A stretch of 64,000 nt of DNA from Octopus sinensis (taxonomy: Eukaryota), in the NCBI RefSeq assembly GCF_006345805.1, contig NC_042999.1, positions 121,954,001 through 122,018,000 on the forward strand, read 5' to 3'. The stretch's first letter is position 1. Every line of letters begins with the position of its first letter. The position numbers and the translations under genes are program-made. The notes under the pieces were generated by a model. It was not told the origin of the DNA, made no database searches, and saw only the letters and a list, made by a program, of their open reading frames with translations. Positions 24,238 to 37,050 of this stretch are shown one piece after another.

Positions 24238-24297
24238 AGAGGAAAATATCAAAATATTGTTGAGAATAGGAGCTAGTTTTGAAATGGATGATTTAAA
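24238..24297 (+). CDS. Candidate 60-nt coding exon
   Basis: Acceptor TGTTTCCACATATGTTTCTAG, frame EENIKILLRIGASFEMDDL, donor AA|GTAATG; phase 2/2, compatible with 18983-19115. Confidence 0.22.
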
Positions 24298-25259
24298 GTA
24301 ATGAAAGGAACACTGCTGTTCCAAGTTACATTGTTGGGCATGAATGATTAGGGAATAAATTTAGCTTGGCATATTTCTATATTGGCGAAGAAACTAATGA
24401 CAACGAGAAGGCAAGTTTGAGAGAAATCCTGTGTGTGTGCATGCATGCATGTGCATGCTAAATGTGAAGCTAACATAGAATCTTTTAGGAAGAATTCTAG
24501 CATGAATATATCCTTGGGTTTATAACAGAAGTTGGATTTATAAAGGCAATGCTTATAATAAAATCTCACTTGTCTGCTAAGAAGAGTTTTCTCATGGCAA
24601 TTTTAGTTAACATCTAAAATAAAAACAAAAAAATACTATCTAAAAATCAAAGAAACTAACATTAAAAAAAATTATTCCATTTCATCTAACTTCCCTTTCT
24701 GAGTACATTTTTTAGCATACAAATTAGATTTGCACCAAAATTGTTTGAACGACATTGGAATTATATCAAGAAATGTAATTAACATAAACTACAATAAATT
24801 ACATAAATTCAGTCTATTATTTCTTATTTTATACCAATATCCCAGTAGCAGAGAAAAAGATTATACACATTTTTACTATTTGGAGTATGTCCTATCATAA
24901 ATATTACAAAAAAGAAAAGATTAACTGGTTAATAATTCTATTCGCTAAAAGGATAATTAGCTGATTAATTTTTCATAATCAGCATTATCTTTCCATAGCT
25001 CATCAGAAATATTCTCCCAAGAGGGAAGAAAGAGTGGTAACAGTGATATTTCTATCTTCACCATGAACATTTGCTCCTATCCTTACACCCATTTCATTTA
25101 CAGCCTACTTCATGCTCTGTGCTTTTCACTACACTAATTAATGTTTAATATTAAAGTTTGATCATGTGTTCTACTGCATTTTAAAATTTATTATGTTAAT
25201 ATACAAATTTTGTTTTCTCAAAGTAGTAATGTCTATAGTTGTTTATCGGGGATCTATCA

Positions 25260-25327
25260 TTAGTCTTCTTTCTGAGATCTTTCACTTGCTAAAGATGGTG
25301 TAGTTCTCATTGCAGGATGAGAAGCTG
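25260..25327 (-). CDS. Candidate terminal coding exon
   Basis: Acceptor GTATCCTTTTTTTTAG|CAG, frame ASHPAMRTTPSLASERSQKED, then TAA TGA TAG; AATAAA about 60 nt downstream. Confidence 0.2.
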
Positions 25328-25911
25328 CTAAAAAAAAGGATACGTAGAACACAAACATTTAAGGGGCAACATGACAAAAATCAGACATCTAGTACATAAT
25401 AGATTGCACAAACTGTCAGTTTTATCATGGGACCAATTTTGCATAAATTGTAAGAATGGTTTAGATAGAAATTAATACTGGATACAAAAGCCTACATTCA
25501 GATCTCATCAATCTGCAGTGTCCTGCAGTGAGGAATTTTATGTTAAAAGCCCACTGTATGAAAGATATTAATGAATATGAGCCTGCTTTTGTATTGAAGC
25601 ATGGTCAAGATAAATGATTTAAAACAATTAGGTTTATTTGAACAGAATTCTTAGTTAAAGATTCTGATGATAGGTAAAATTGTATACTAACATAAAAATG
25701 TGTCTTAAATATAACTAAATCTTTTATTAAAAAACCACAGTAATTTAGATTTTATTAGACTATTTTCATCGTATCCGTATTGTATTTTATCTAATTATTA
25801 AATTGTACTTATCATGTGGGAGTTGGCATAGTTTCATGTAGAGAAGATGAATATAATCAATAAAGTGATTAAATTAAAAGGATGAAAGAAAAAATAATTC
25901 AAATGTATTAA

Positions 25912-26324
25912 ATAGGCATAGGAGTGGCTGTGTGGTAAGTAGCTTGCTTCCGAACCACATGGTTCTGGGTTCAGTCCCACTGCGTGGCACCTTGGGCAAG
26001 TGTCTTCAACTATAGCCTCAGGCCGACCAAAGCCTTGTGAGTGGATTTGGTAGATGGAAACTGAAAGAAGCCCGTCGTATATATGTATGTATATATGTGT
26101 GTGTGTGTGTGTGTGTGTATATGTTTGTGTTTGTCCTCCCAACATCGCTTGACAACTGATGCTGGTGTGTTTGTCCCCGTAACTTAGTGGTTCAGCAAAA
26201 GACACCAATAGAATACGTACTAGGCTTACAAAGAATAAGTCCTGGGGTCAATTTGCTGCACTAAAGGTGGTGCTCCAGCATGACCACAGTCAAATGACTG
26301 AAACAAGTAAAAGAGTAAAGAGTA
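25912..26324 (+). mobile_element. tRNA-derived SINE (family B, CORE-like), full length
   Basis: GGAGTGGCTGTGTGGTAAG A-box region, GGTTCAGTCCC B box, CACCTTGGGCAAGTGTCTT CORE-like motif, (TG)n, GACTGAAACAAGTAAAAGAG tail. Confidence 0.9.
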
Positions 26325-27231
26325 AATATACCAGATGTCCCAGAATTAAGGCAGCCATAGAATATTGGTATAATGTTACAAACTATCTTACATATGGGTT
26401 GCTTGGTGTACTGTAAGTTTTGTAATCAAAATATCTTATATGTAACTTTCATAATCTAATAATCATAATGTTGTTTAGAGATAATTGTATCATTTTCTTT
26501 TTCTGTACATCTGCTGCAATAAGCAAAAATAGTCCTGTATATATGCTACTTCTTGTTTGTGAAGAAAATATACTAGATATTTATTGATTATGTATTTGAT
26601 GATCAACTAGCATAGCTGAAGAAATTTCCTAATTGAAATCTGTTCTTACTGTAATTATTTTATTATTTTATGCAAGTTGTTATACTGCTCTGTCAGTAAT
26701 CTTTAATCAGTGGAGTTTTAGAAGTCAAGTGATTAAGAAAATGTAAAATGCTGAACAACACAGCCAAAGATTTATTTACATGCAGTTCTTATCCAGTCCT
26801 GTTTACCTGTGATAGCCCCATGGGCTATTTATAAAACAAAGAGAATAATGACAGGGTCCTGATGAATACCTCTCCATGTACAAATCTAGTTGCTGAATTT
26901 ACTGCCAATCATAACCTTCACTCTTAGCAACCTTGTTGAAGCCTTATTCACTCTCACTAGTCTTAACAAAATGATAGGGCTTTGTCATCACTGTTTTGTA
27001 AATTTGTAAATACAACATAGTCATTTTGTTATGTAACAAGAAATTATCATCCCTTTGTTTCACTAGAAATATAGAATTTATGGTTTAGCAACCACATGTA
27101 AACTGAAATTGTTTCTCTTCTAAGTAAACTTTATCCCATTCTAAATTTGCCAAAGTTCTTTCAACAAAGTTGAGCAAACTGGTGTATACTGTCCTAAGTG
27201 AAAAAATTTAAACCTTTTGAAAAGGATATGA

Positions 27232-27606
27232 ACATGGCTGTGCAGTAAGAAATTTTCTTCCTAGCCACATGGTTCTGGGTTCAATCTCACTATATAGCAT
27301 CTTGGGCAAGTGTCTTCTAATATAGCCTCAGGCTGACCAAAGCCTTGTGAGTGGATCTGGTAGACAGAAACTGAAACAAGACTGTTGTATATGTATATAT
27401 ATTTATATATATCTATGTGTGTGTTTGTATGTGTTTGTCTCCCACCATCACTTGACAACCGATGTTAGTGTGTTTATACCCCTGTAACTTAGCTTTGGCA
27501 AAAGACACCGATAGAATAAGTACTAGACTTACAAAGAAAAAGTCTTGGGGTCAACTTTTTAAGGCAGTGCTCCAGCATGGCAGCAGTCTGATGATTGCAA
27601 CAAGTA
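27232..27606 (+). mobile_element. tRNA-derived SINE (family B), older copy
   Basis: Colinear match to 25912-26324. Confidence 0.8.
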
Positions 27607-29389
27607 ACAAAGTATTACAATAAATGTTAATTGACACTATTAATCTATGGTTAAGAGATTATTTTTTAAAAATATCTAAGTAATGTGCAGTACATAATCT
27701 CATTAAAGCCATTTAAGAAAATTTGATTCTCCTTTATATTAAGGGTCTACATTGCAACACCATAATTCATTTGGCTGGCTTCTAGTAAACAGATCCCATT
27801 TACATAACATTATAAGTGAAACTAGGATTTGCATTTTTATTTTTCAATAAATTTAATGAGTTTAGTATAGAAATTTGTGTTTTATGGGGTGAAAATATAT
27901 AGGAAAGCATTAGAACCACAAAAATAAGGGGGTGAAATAAATGTTATACACAACAAGAACTAGAAATCCAGAGCTTTATATATTTGTGTGGCTTCTCATC
28001 TTATTCTGGGGCAACCATTTAGATTAATGAATTTGCCAAATCATTTTTGAATGATATCGACAGTTTTTTAGCCCATATTTTACCTATTAATATAATATTC
28101 TTGTGCTATCAACTTCGTATATTAAACTGTAAACGCATTCACTCACATTTGCACTGAAGTATACACACATACAACAGTATTTTCTCTCTCTGTCTCTCTC
28201 TCTTTCTCACACACACACACTGGCTTAATTAGATCAAAACTTGAATGAGGAATATTAATTCATATAAATTGACATTATTTCTATGCCTGCATTTGAGAGA
28301 AACTCATGCCAACATAAATTGTAATGTGTGGATAGTAGCTGTTTAAAGTTCAAGCAATATGTCTGGATAAAGTTTCATGTGTAAACTGAATATTCACTAA
28401 CAGTAAAAAGAATACTGCACTTTTGTTGTTCATGTATTCACATATAATATCATTTACTTATCTGTAATGCATTTTCATGTAATACTTTCTTCCCCCAAAA
28501 CCAGTGAGATAATTTCAGAAATTTCCAATAAGTTCAATGGAATGTGTGTGTGTATTTTTACTAAATACAGTTGTTACGATTCAGAAAGTACTGTATCTGT
28601 TTTTGGTTTAGAAGGCTAAAGCTATTCAGAGTTAGTACATCCTAGATGGTTCAGTGGATCACATCTCACTCACATGTTTCCTTTTTGGTTGATTTTCCAT
28701 GGCTGGATACTCTTTCTATCACCAACTATTTTACAGAATGAAATGGGTACATTTTATCATGGTACTAACTCCAGTGAGGTTGTCTTATACTATGTAAGAA
28801 TGAAAATTCCTCACTATTTCAATATATTTACATTCCCCCAAAGCATTGACCAAGAACATGAATGGTACGTAAAGAAGTTGGTGACAGAAGAGTCAGAATA
28901 GGTGGCTTGAAGGAGCAAGTGTATGCTGATAAGAAAGCAGTGTTGGATAGTTGTTAGAAGGGTGAGATTAAGTGCTGGAAGAGGATGTTGAGGACAAACA
29001 GATCCAGTTCAATTCTTCATACACAGGCCAGATAAAAGAATGATAAGGATGGATGCAGATAAGTATAATAACATCTCTTGATTTGGTGAACAGAAGAGAG
29101 AGAGAGAGAGAGAGAGAGAGTAAGCACCATAATGGTAGATAAGTTGGAAGAGGTTAAAGTCATTCTTAGTTACACAACAACAAACTTTACAACTGGCCTT
29201 AGTTACACTAGCAGTATAGTACATTGGATAAAAGAGAGAGTGGGAGACAAAGAGATGAGTAATAGACAGAGAAGGATCATCAAAAAAGAAAGGATGTGGC
29301 AGATGTTGACTTAACTGGAACTGTTGGGCTTGAAACCTAAATATAGATGTTTCCCAGCCTCCATTTTTACTACCAGTTTTAGATACTTT

Positions 29390-29990
29390 TAACATTTGTG
29401 TTGCTATGCAGGTGGGTGGATATTCCTCAGAAATTTATATCATCAATCTGTTTGATTATTTGTCATCTACTTTGTGAGGTGCAGCATTCTAAGATTAGAC
29501 TTCATTATTTCATTCACTGCCTTACTGGATTTCATTCAACAAGTTCTATCAACTTTAAGCACTCTGCACTTCTTTATGCTATTGCTATCCCCCATATGTA
29601 TCATACACCTGTACCAGTACAGGCTTTCTTTCATATTCCACATATGATATCTCTTATAATCAGCTTTTCTCTCAGGTCATTTGTACTCCATTATTCATGT
29701 ACACTAAAATTACACATCTAGTGCAGCATGTTCACTTCATTTTTTCCAGTCTTCACAAATCTTTTGGATTCAGGGTTCACATCTCACTACCATGCAGTTG
29801 TACAATCTGCTTTTCACTCTGTGAGAGAAACCCTTCATAATCACTCTGTGAGAGAAAACCTTCATAATCAGCAAAGCTAATGTCTCCTTGGACTTTTCCA
29901 ACCTGATTTTGTCTTGGCTACTATACTTTCAGAACTAAGTACTGCTAATTAGATCATCTAGATAGCAGAAGCTATCAAATACTTCTCTAT
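29390..29990 (-). mobile_element. RTE LINE 3' ORF fragment, decayed
   Basis: rc reads EVFDSFCYLDDLIS...SESIVAKTKSGW, matching the corresponding part of the RTE at 42890-43060; 27-bp tandem duplication at ~29815-29870. Confidence 0.7.
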
Positions 29991-30759
29991 CAATTACTTT
30001 TAAGGAGGCTTTATGGGAATTTTAGAGAATGTATTTCACATGTGCTTATTGCCCCTAAAATATGTGTCTCATGCAAAATCTACCTTTAATAATTTGAAAT
30101 GTATATATTTAATTGGGATCTACAATTTGTTAATTAAAATATTTTGCATTAGAAATGGCAGCAAATAAATTTGCAATACTGACAGTATTTATCATGAATG
30201 GAATAGTATCTGTTTTAATGAAAGAAATTGTTATGTAGGTCATGTTAAGAGTGTTAGAAGCAATAATGCATTGATTGGGACATTAATACATCATAGCACT
30301 GCTTTGAATTTAATATTCTATAAAGTAATCCCAAAAAGAAAATTTCAATAGACATTAAAGCATTCATTTGTACAATGTCTAGTATGGTCACTGAATGTAA
30401 TATGATTTGATGCAATTTTATCTTAATAGAGTGACTTAAGTTTTTTCTTGTCTTCAAGATCTTTGCAACATTGTCCTAAACCTAAAGTTCTATTTCATAG
30501 TAATCATCAAATGTGAAATTAAATAATATGAACCATTGTGTACATTCACCAGCACTCAAGATTTTATCTTGTAAATAGCAGTCATTGAGAAATTAAAGAT
30601 TAAAATAATTTCATGTATATCGATTCACAACTTCAGTTTTTGATTTTAATGAAATTATCTTCAAAGCCTGAAAATAGAAGTGAAATAATAAATTTTCATG
30701 CTATATAATCAACTATCTGATGTTGAAAATTTATGAACTTAGTAATTTTTTTTTTATAG

Positions 30760-30777
30760 TTCATGCTTCAGTATTTT
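30760..30777 (+). other. Candidate 18-nt microexon
   Basis: T-run + ATAG | TTCATGCTTCAGTATTTT | GTAAGT; frame-preserving length with a perfect donor. Confidence 0.2.
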
Positions 30778-33269
30778 GTAAGTTGATCCCATTCTATCTA
30801 TGAAATGAAGCAAATTTTAATTAATTTGTACACAAACTGATGGCATGTGCATCTGACATTAAATTAACACCAAAATATTTCAGTATTTAAGATTGTAAAA
30901 ATATATTGATAAAAAGAAGTTTTAAATATTAGTATATTCAGATTGTTTGCTGTTTAAATTTTCAAAAATAGAAACAGTTGTCATGTTTTGTATTTATTTA
31001 ATACACTTCTATTTATTTTAAATGTATATTATCTATGATGCTATTTCTTAGCATATATTTTATGTGGAGAAATAAATTTATCAGATTCTATTATGTTCCA
31101 CCACTGAATTTATTTTGTTGGCAACTGGCCAGAATTATTTTGGCTTTGTACAATCTATCAATTTGTACCTCAGCTCAAGGTGTTTCGAGGTCAGCAATTT
31201 TAAGCCTGCTTTAAACCCAGGAAACTATTAAGTCTGAAAGTAAATTAAATAATCTAGTTAATAGTATTCAAGTTCTATTCTATTCAGATCAATGTTCTTT
31301 TATTTATGTAGGGTATAAATATTTTCCATTATTATACAACCAAAACATAAGGAAAATAGATTAGCTGATCAATTTAGAATTTTATAAAATTATATAAATG
31401 TAGACACTACAATATGAGAGGTAAAATATTCAGTTTGAAAAGTCTATATTGGTTTAGACAAATGATGAGATAATCGAAAATCATTGCTCGTTCAACACTG
31501 CAAAATTATCTATAAATTCATGTTGCTTTATGCCATAATCTCTAATAAAGAGGGAAATAGCAATACTGTTTGATTTTGTCAAGTATTGTGGTTAATATCA
31601 GACATTATAAATTGTTCTAAAGGTTGTTCTAAAGGGTAAGTTCTGTAAAAACATCTTTACATTTTGAGAATTTCAAATTGCAATGTCAATATTATGATGG
31701 CTTTTCTTATTTGTTAAAGAGGGCAATCATTAAATATCTGTATGTTGTTCTAATCTGAATAAGTATAAAGGGCCATAGATTGATGTTTTGCAAAATAATT
31801 TATTTGAAATTATTAATTTAAAAACATTACAGAATTAATTTCAAAGTTCATATATTTCTGGGATCATTTTATTCAATGTCTAGACCACATCTCAAAAATT
31901 GCAAAAACTTGATTGGTGAATAGTCATTTAAATATTGCATACACTTGTTCATAGGAACAATATATCCTTTTCGACCCATGCTAGCATGGAAAGCAGATGT
32001 TAAACGATGATGACGATGATGATGATTTCATCTACCGTTATTCCAATGGTTTCATACAAATAAAAGCAAGCAGTCCATCACCATAGTTTACATCCTCATC
32101 TCTTCTTTATCTTATCAACTATATGTTGCACAAAGCATTTTGCTTAATCCTTCTAACAGAGAACATCAGCATATGGAGCGTTCTGGTAGAAATTTAAAGC
32201 CTTCTGTGAGAGCTTTCTCACTAAAAAATAATTAATTGCTAATACAGAACATTTCAATAACTATTCTGAAAATCTTTAAGGTTGTGTTAAATAATTCATG
32301 TTCTTGTTTTGAGAATAAAGTTTAAGTTTTATAATATTTATTCTGTTTGTAGCTATATGGGGGCCTGGCTTAGCTGTTATAACTTAGGTATATGAATAGA
32401 TGTTGAAAACTGAAACTAACTGAAAAATTACTTTTTTTACCATTAACTTTATTGCCTTTCATGTATATATTCAGGACATTTTGCTAAGTTCTTAAATAAT
32501 TTATTTTTGTTATACATCATGTAACACTCATTTCACGATTGTTTCTATGATTTTAGGATGTTTCACTTCAGTAACAAAAGGTATTGATTTTGACATTCTA
32601 AAACTGCTTACCCTTTTCCCTAGGTAGTTGCAAAGCCACCAAATTTACGGACACTTGCTGTTAAATTTCAGTTCGTAATTAAGAACCATGCAAAAGCTAT
32701 TAGAGCAAATCTATGAAAACTTCTCCTTCAGATGTAAATTTTTGATATTCAGTCTTAGAATTTTTTTCTAGCGACTTGACATTTTTGTTTGCTGCATGAC
32801 AAATCAAGCTTACATGAGCAGTTACGATAACTGCCTCATCATTGATTTAAACATATAAAAATGTAGAACACCACTATTCCCTAATCTACCTAGGGAATTG
32901 GAAGCTTGATTTTCATTTCCTTTCTAATCCTCTTTTATGAGTAGATAAGGTTATATATCTTCTGTAAACTATCTATTCTTATTTGTATTTAGGTGACAAT
33001 ATATCTTATTTAGCATTGACTTTCTTGTAGAAAGTAAGACAACTTGTGATAGGTTTATAATTTTGAAGGTTATTTCTTTTCCTTTGTTTTGGAAGGTTTA
33101 GGAGGTAAAACATTCATGTAATACATCTATGATTTCAGAGGTTATCCATTGTTCTCTGCTTTCATAGGAAAATTGCAAGTTTTTCCTACCTTGAATATTA
33201 TTATTTCAAATAGACATGATTTTTGTATTAAAACATTAAGTACTTAGCAACATCACTTAGTATTTATGG

Positions 33270-33430
33270 CATGAAAGAAGCACTCAGTACACTCTTTAAA
33301 GTGGCTGGTGTTAGGAAGAGCATCCACTCAAAGAAACCATGCCAAAGCTTACATTAATATTCCCCACTATCTGCAGCTGGTCAGATGCTGTCAAACCATC
33401 CAGCTCATGCCAGTATGCAAAACGAATATT
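33270..33430 (+). mobile_element. Degenerate RTE-tail element
   Basis: AAGCACTCAGTACACTC...GGTGTTAGGAAGAGCATCCA...AAACCATCCAGCTCATGCCAGTATG. Confidence 0.7.
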
Positions 33431-33669
33431 AATTGAGGATTATTAGGTTATTTAACATTAGAAGGACTGGACTTTTCACCTACATTTAAGGACCAAAATG
33501 TGTTTTTCAATTTGAAAGGGAGAAAATAAAGTAAAGGAGAGGTAGAAAATCTTTATTAAATGTATAAATCTATTGAATTTTCTGACTTTATGGTGATATT
33601 AGTCACAATATTTTTGATATTTTGAAAGAAATTTATCCTTACAAAGCAAAAAGATATTAATTGAAATTT

Positions 33670-34530
33670 TAAACATCCATCATGTTTTAGCGCATATTTG
33701 CTACACAGGGTTTTTTACAGACTCTGTACATTTCTGTGGTTCTGCTTCAGCATTTTGTTTTCACTTATGTACATTAGACTTTATTTCAAGAGGTAGATGT
33801 TTCCTCAATAGGGCATTTGATAGTACATGAACAGCCATGAAGTGAGTCACCATAAAATTCTTCAGCAACATTTTGAATATATTCCCATTGACTAATTAAC
33901 TGAGTTGCAAATACTTGTGTTTATTACTCAGCTGTTTGTAAGAGCAGTGTTCGAACTATTATAAAAAAATGTGCATTGGTCATCATCTACTGCTTGCTTT
34001 CACTGAAGAAAGTCCTGCCATTTAGTCAAGCATGTTTATACCTACCTTATTTTTGTTATAAAAAATATGGTGTCAGGCTTCTTCTCGGGGTTAATTTCAG
34101 AAGGAACTTCTACATGTTGATTTGAGGTCCTCAGAACAACAACAGACTTTGATTTTCTCAACTGATACGATGTAAGTGTGACAGTAGGTTTCTCTGTGGA
34201 TTTCAAAGCCACAGTTTCATGGACTGGTTTCACCTGTTTTACTGCTTCTGGTAATTCCTTTCTATTCTGATGAATTGTTCCAACTAAACTGCAGTTTTGT
34301 TTTGTGAGCTGTAACGGCTATGCAGTTACTGAATATTAAAACATTGTCACATGTCTTTATACAGAAAGCAAGTGCAAGTTTCAAAAGTTGCCAATGTGTC
34401 AATTGATGAATGGGGTCCTTATAGGTAGTATGTAGTTTATTTTTTGTTTTTTTTACAGTGGGTGCAAACAACCCATAATTCATAGGGTATATAGATATCA
34501 TAAAACTATGAAAAATCAAGCACCTGGATG
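33670..34530 (-). mobile_element. piggyBac transposase remnant (C-terminal half)
   Basis: QNCSLVGTIHQNRKELPEAVK...TLTSYQLRKSKSVVVL...KKPDTI(F)YNKNKVGINMLD*MA...SVKASSR**PMHIF, then a Cys-rich tail (RVCKKP..SKYA); many stops and frameshifts, TIRs not identified. Confidence 0.85.
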
Positions 34531-35019
34531 TCAAAATTTACAATAGCTTTTGAATTGTGTGCAATTAAGATTTCAAAATGCATCAGTTGATGCACACTTT
34601 TAGTGTTAAACATGTTTTCAGGCTAAAAATTTCGGATCTTGTCTATTCTAGTTTTGTAAGGTTTTCATTTTATTTTTTATTGAAGTACATCTCACTTTCA
34701 GTAAGAATCCGGTTCAAATTTTCTTAGGTTCTGTCTATTATTGTATATAGTTTATATTTGCCTCAATGTTTTTTTACTCCTACTTTTTGCCAGGAATCTC
34801 TACAGGAGTGACCATTATCATTATTATTATTGTTGTTGCTGTTGTTAAGGCTATAAGCTGGCTGACTTTGCCTTTCGTTCTTTTCACATAGATGAAATAA
34901 GTACCAGTTAAGCACTGACATTGATGTAATCAATTAGTCCCACCTCCCCACAAATCTCAAGCTTAGTCCTCAACTAGTACCCTCCTGCAAAATTGCAGGT
35001 CTTGCTCCTATAGTAGTAA

Positions 35020-35063
<44 letters not shown>

Positions 35064-35109
35064 TTATTATTATTATTACTACTATCGTTGTTGTTGTTCA
35101 CCTTGTGTT

Positions 35110-36660
35110 CAGTAACAGAGGCAGAAAATGGTGAACCAGGCCCTCATAACAGCTCTACCCCATCAACAAAAGGACAGTTGGAGAGAAATATATAGAAAGA
35201 AAAGACAATAAAGAAACAAAAATTCCAAACAGGCAGGCAGCCCTCCCACAAAATGTCCAGACAATAACAAAGACCTGCTTGAATTGTTACCAGGACTAAA
35301 GAAGATGAAGTCAAGCAATATACATATGGAGAAGGAATTTTATCAGTTTAACGTCAAACATTTAAGTGGTTGTATATTGATTAGAACAACTAAAAATCTT
35401 AAAAAATAGGTGAAGTATTTCTGGCTGGAAGATGTAGGTACTTTCCTTGATGTACTCAATAAAGAGATGCTAACAGGATTTCCAAAATCCTAGAGAAATA
35501 TTCAATGTCTATTCCAAATACCGTGGTTCAATAATGAAGCAGCTATGAAAACAAGATTTACTCATACAAAATATGCAAATGGAATTTTTAGGTCTATAAT
35601 TGTTTCAACAAAACATATTAGTGAGACAATTTTGTAAAACCAAACAGAATTTTTCTGCCTCAGGAAGGGACAAGGAATTATGAAAAACTGAAGTATGTAA
35701 TATTTTACCTCTTGTAAAATAGTAAGTTGTTCATGCAATATCAGGAGAAACTATCTTGACTGGAAAAGACAATGGTATAGCATTAACTGCAGTACTTTCA
35801 GAAACAACACTGCTAAACAGGGGCTGAACTGTCAGATATATTCTGGCTATACATATGTATCCTAGTACATGGGGCAAAGAAGCACAAAAATCATAAGAGT
35901 CATTGCACATGACATAGCCCTAAAACTAATACTGATTTGTTGTGTCGCAGTATGGGGTGAATTGCCAAAGTGGGGTTAATGAAAGGTTGCCTAGTGTCAG
36001 TTGGTATCAAAATGACCTTACAATTCCTAATGACCCTAAAGGTGACAAGCTATGCTAGAACTGCACTCAGTAGAGGGTGCTAAAACAAAGGGCATCAGAT
36101 TAATGACAAGAAGCAAAAAGTCTTGTTACATTTTGTAAAACACACATTAGAGCTGAATGAATGTAAGAATTAGGAATATTAACAGCAAAAAAACTGAAGA
36201 TAGTGAAGAACAGTAGCAAAAAGAACAATGGATCTCAGCTTGCAGAACATCACCTATGAAACCTTGCACTGACTGGTGTCAGGAGACTTGAAGATACAAT
36301 GGTGTTTCACTTGTGTTGTGTGACTAAATTATTTGATGATGCATGCCGATGCCACCAAAGAGACAATTTATGAGATGCATGCAGAACTGAGATGCCAATC
36401 ATTAACACATCCATTCTCCTTTAATACAATTTGTTGATTCAAGCACAAATATCTGATCGCTGTTATTTTCACCACCAGAAAATACCTCCTTCTTTTCAGT
36501 AATGTGTATTCATAACACACATGTTTTTCCAGATTACTAATGTGTGGAAACTCCAAGACACTGTAATGTTTTGACTTCATTGGGTGTCACATCAGTTAAA
36601 GCTTCTCTATGGCCAGACCAGAGAATCTCACAAGGGCATGAACTCTTGTTTACTGGAATC
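35110..36660 (+). mobile_element. Highly decayed LINE reverse-transcriptase region
   Basis: Fragmentary motifs such as GFPKS*RNI (G.IP.SW) and QTEFFCLRKGQG (QFGFRKGRG); clade not assignable. Confidence 0.35.
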
Positions 36661-36889
36661 AACAACCAAATTATTTGTTGAACATGTCTATGAAATAAAT
36701 AATAATGACAGTGATCAGATAGTGATGTTCAAATCTGTCAGAACATATTAAGAATGAACAGATGTGTCGTTATTTACTTCTCAATTTTAAAATTACTTTC
36801 AGCTTTACTTTATCAAATAATTTTTTATCAGTAATAAAGCTAGCTTGAAGAAGTAAGAATATTCATTGATAGAAGCAAAATATTAAGAG

Positions 36890-36959
36890 AACACACACAC
36901 ACTCACACACATGTATATGTATATATATATATATACACACACATGTATGTCTATGTATG

Positions 36960-37010
<51 letters not shown>

Positions 37011-37017
37011 TTGTGTA

Positions 37018-37048
<31 letters not shown>

Positions 37049-37050
37049 GT
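36890..37050. repeat. (CA)/(TA)/(TG) compound microsatellite
   Basis: Direct reading. Confidence 0.95.

Noticed and set aside
32540-32850. Slightly CpG-richer unique segment with splice-like signals on both strands
   Set aside because: Only about five CpGs and no convincing open exon; too weak to call.
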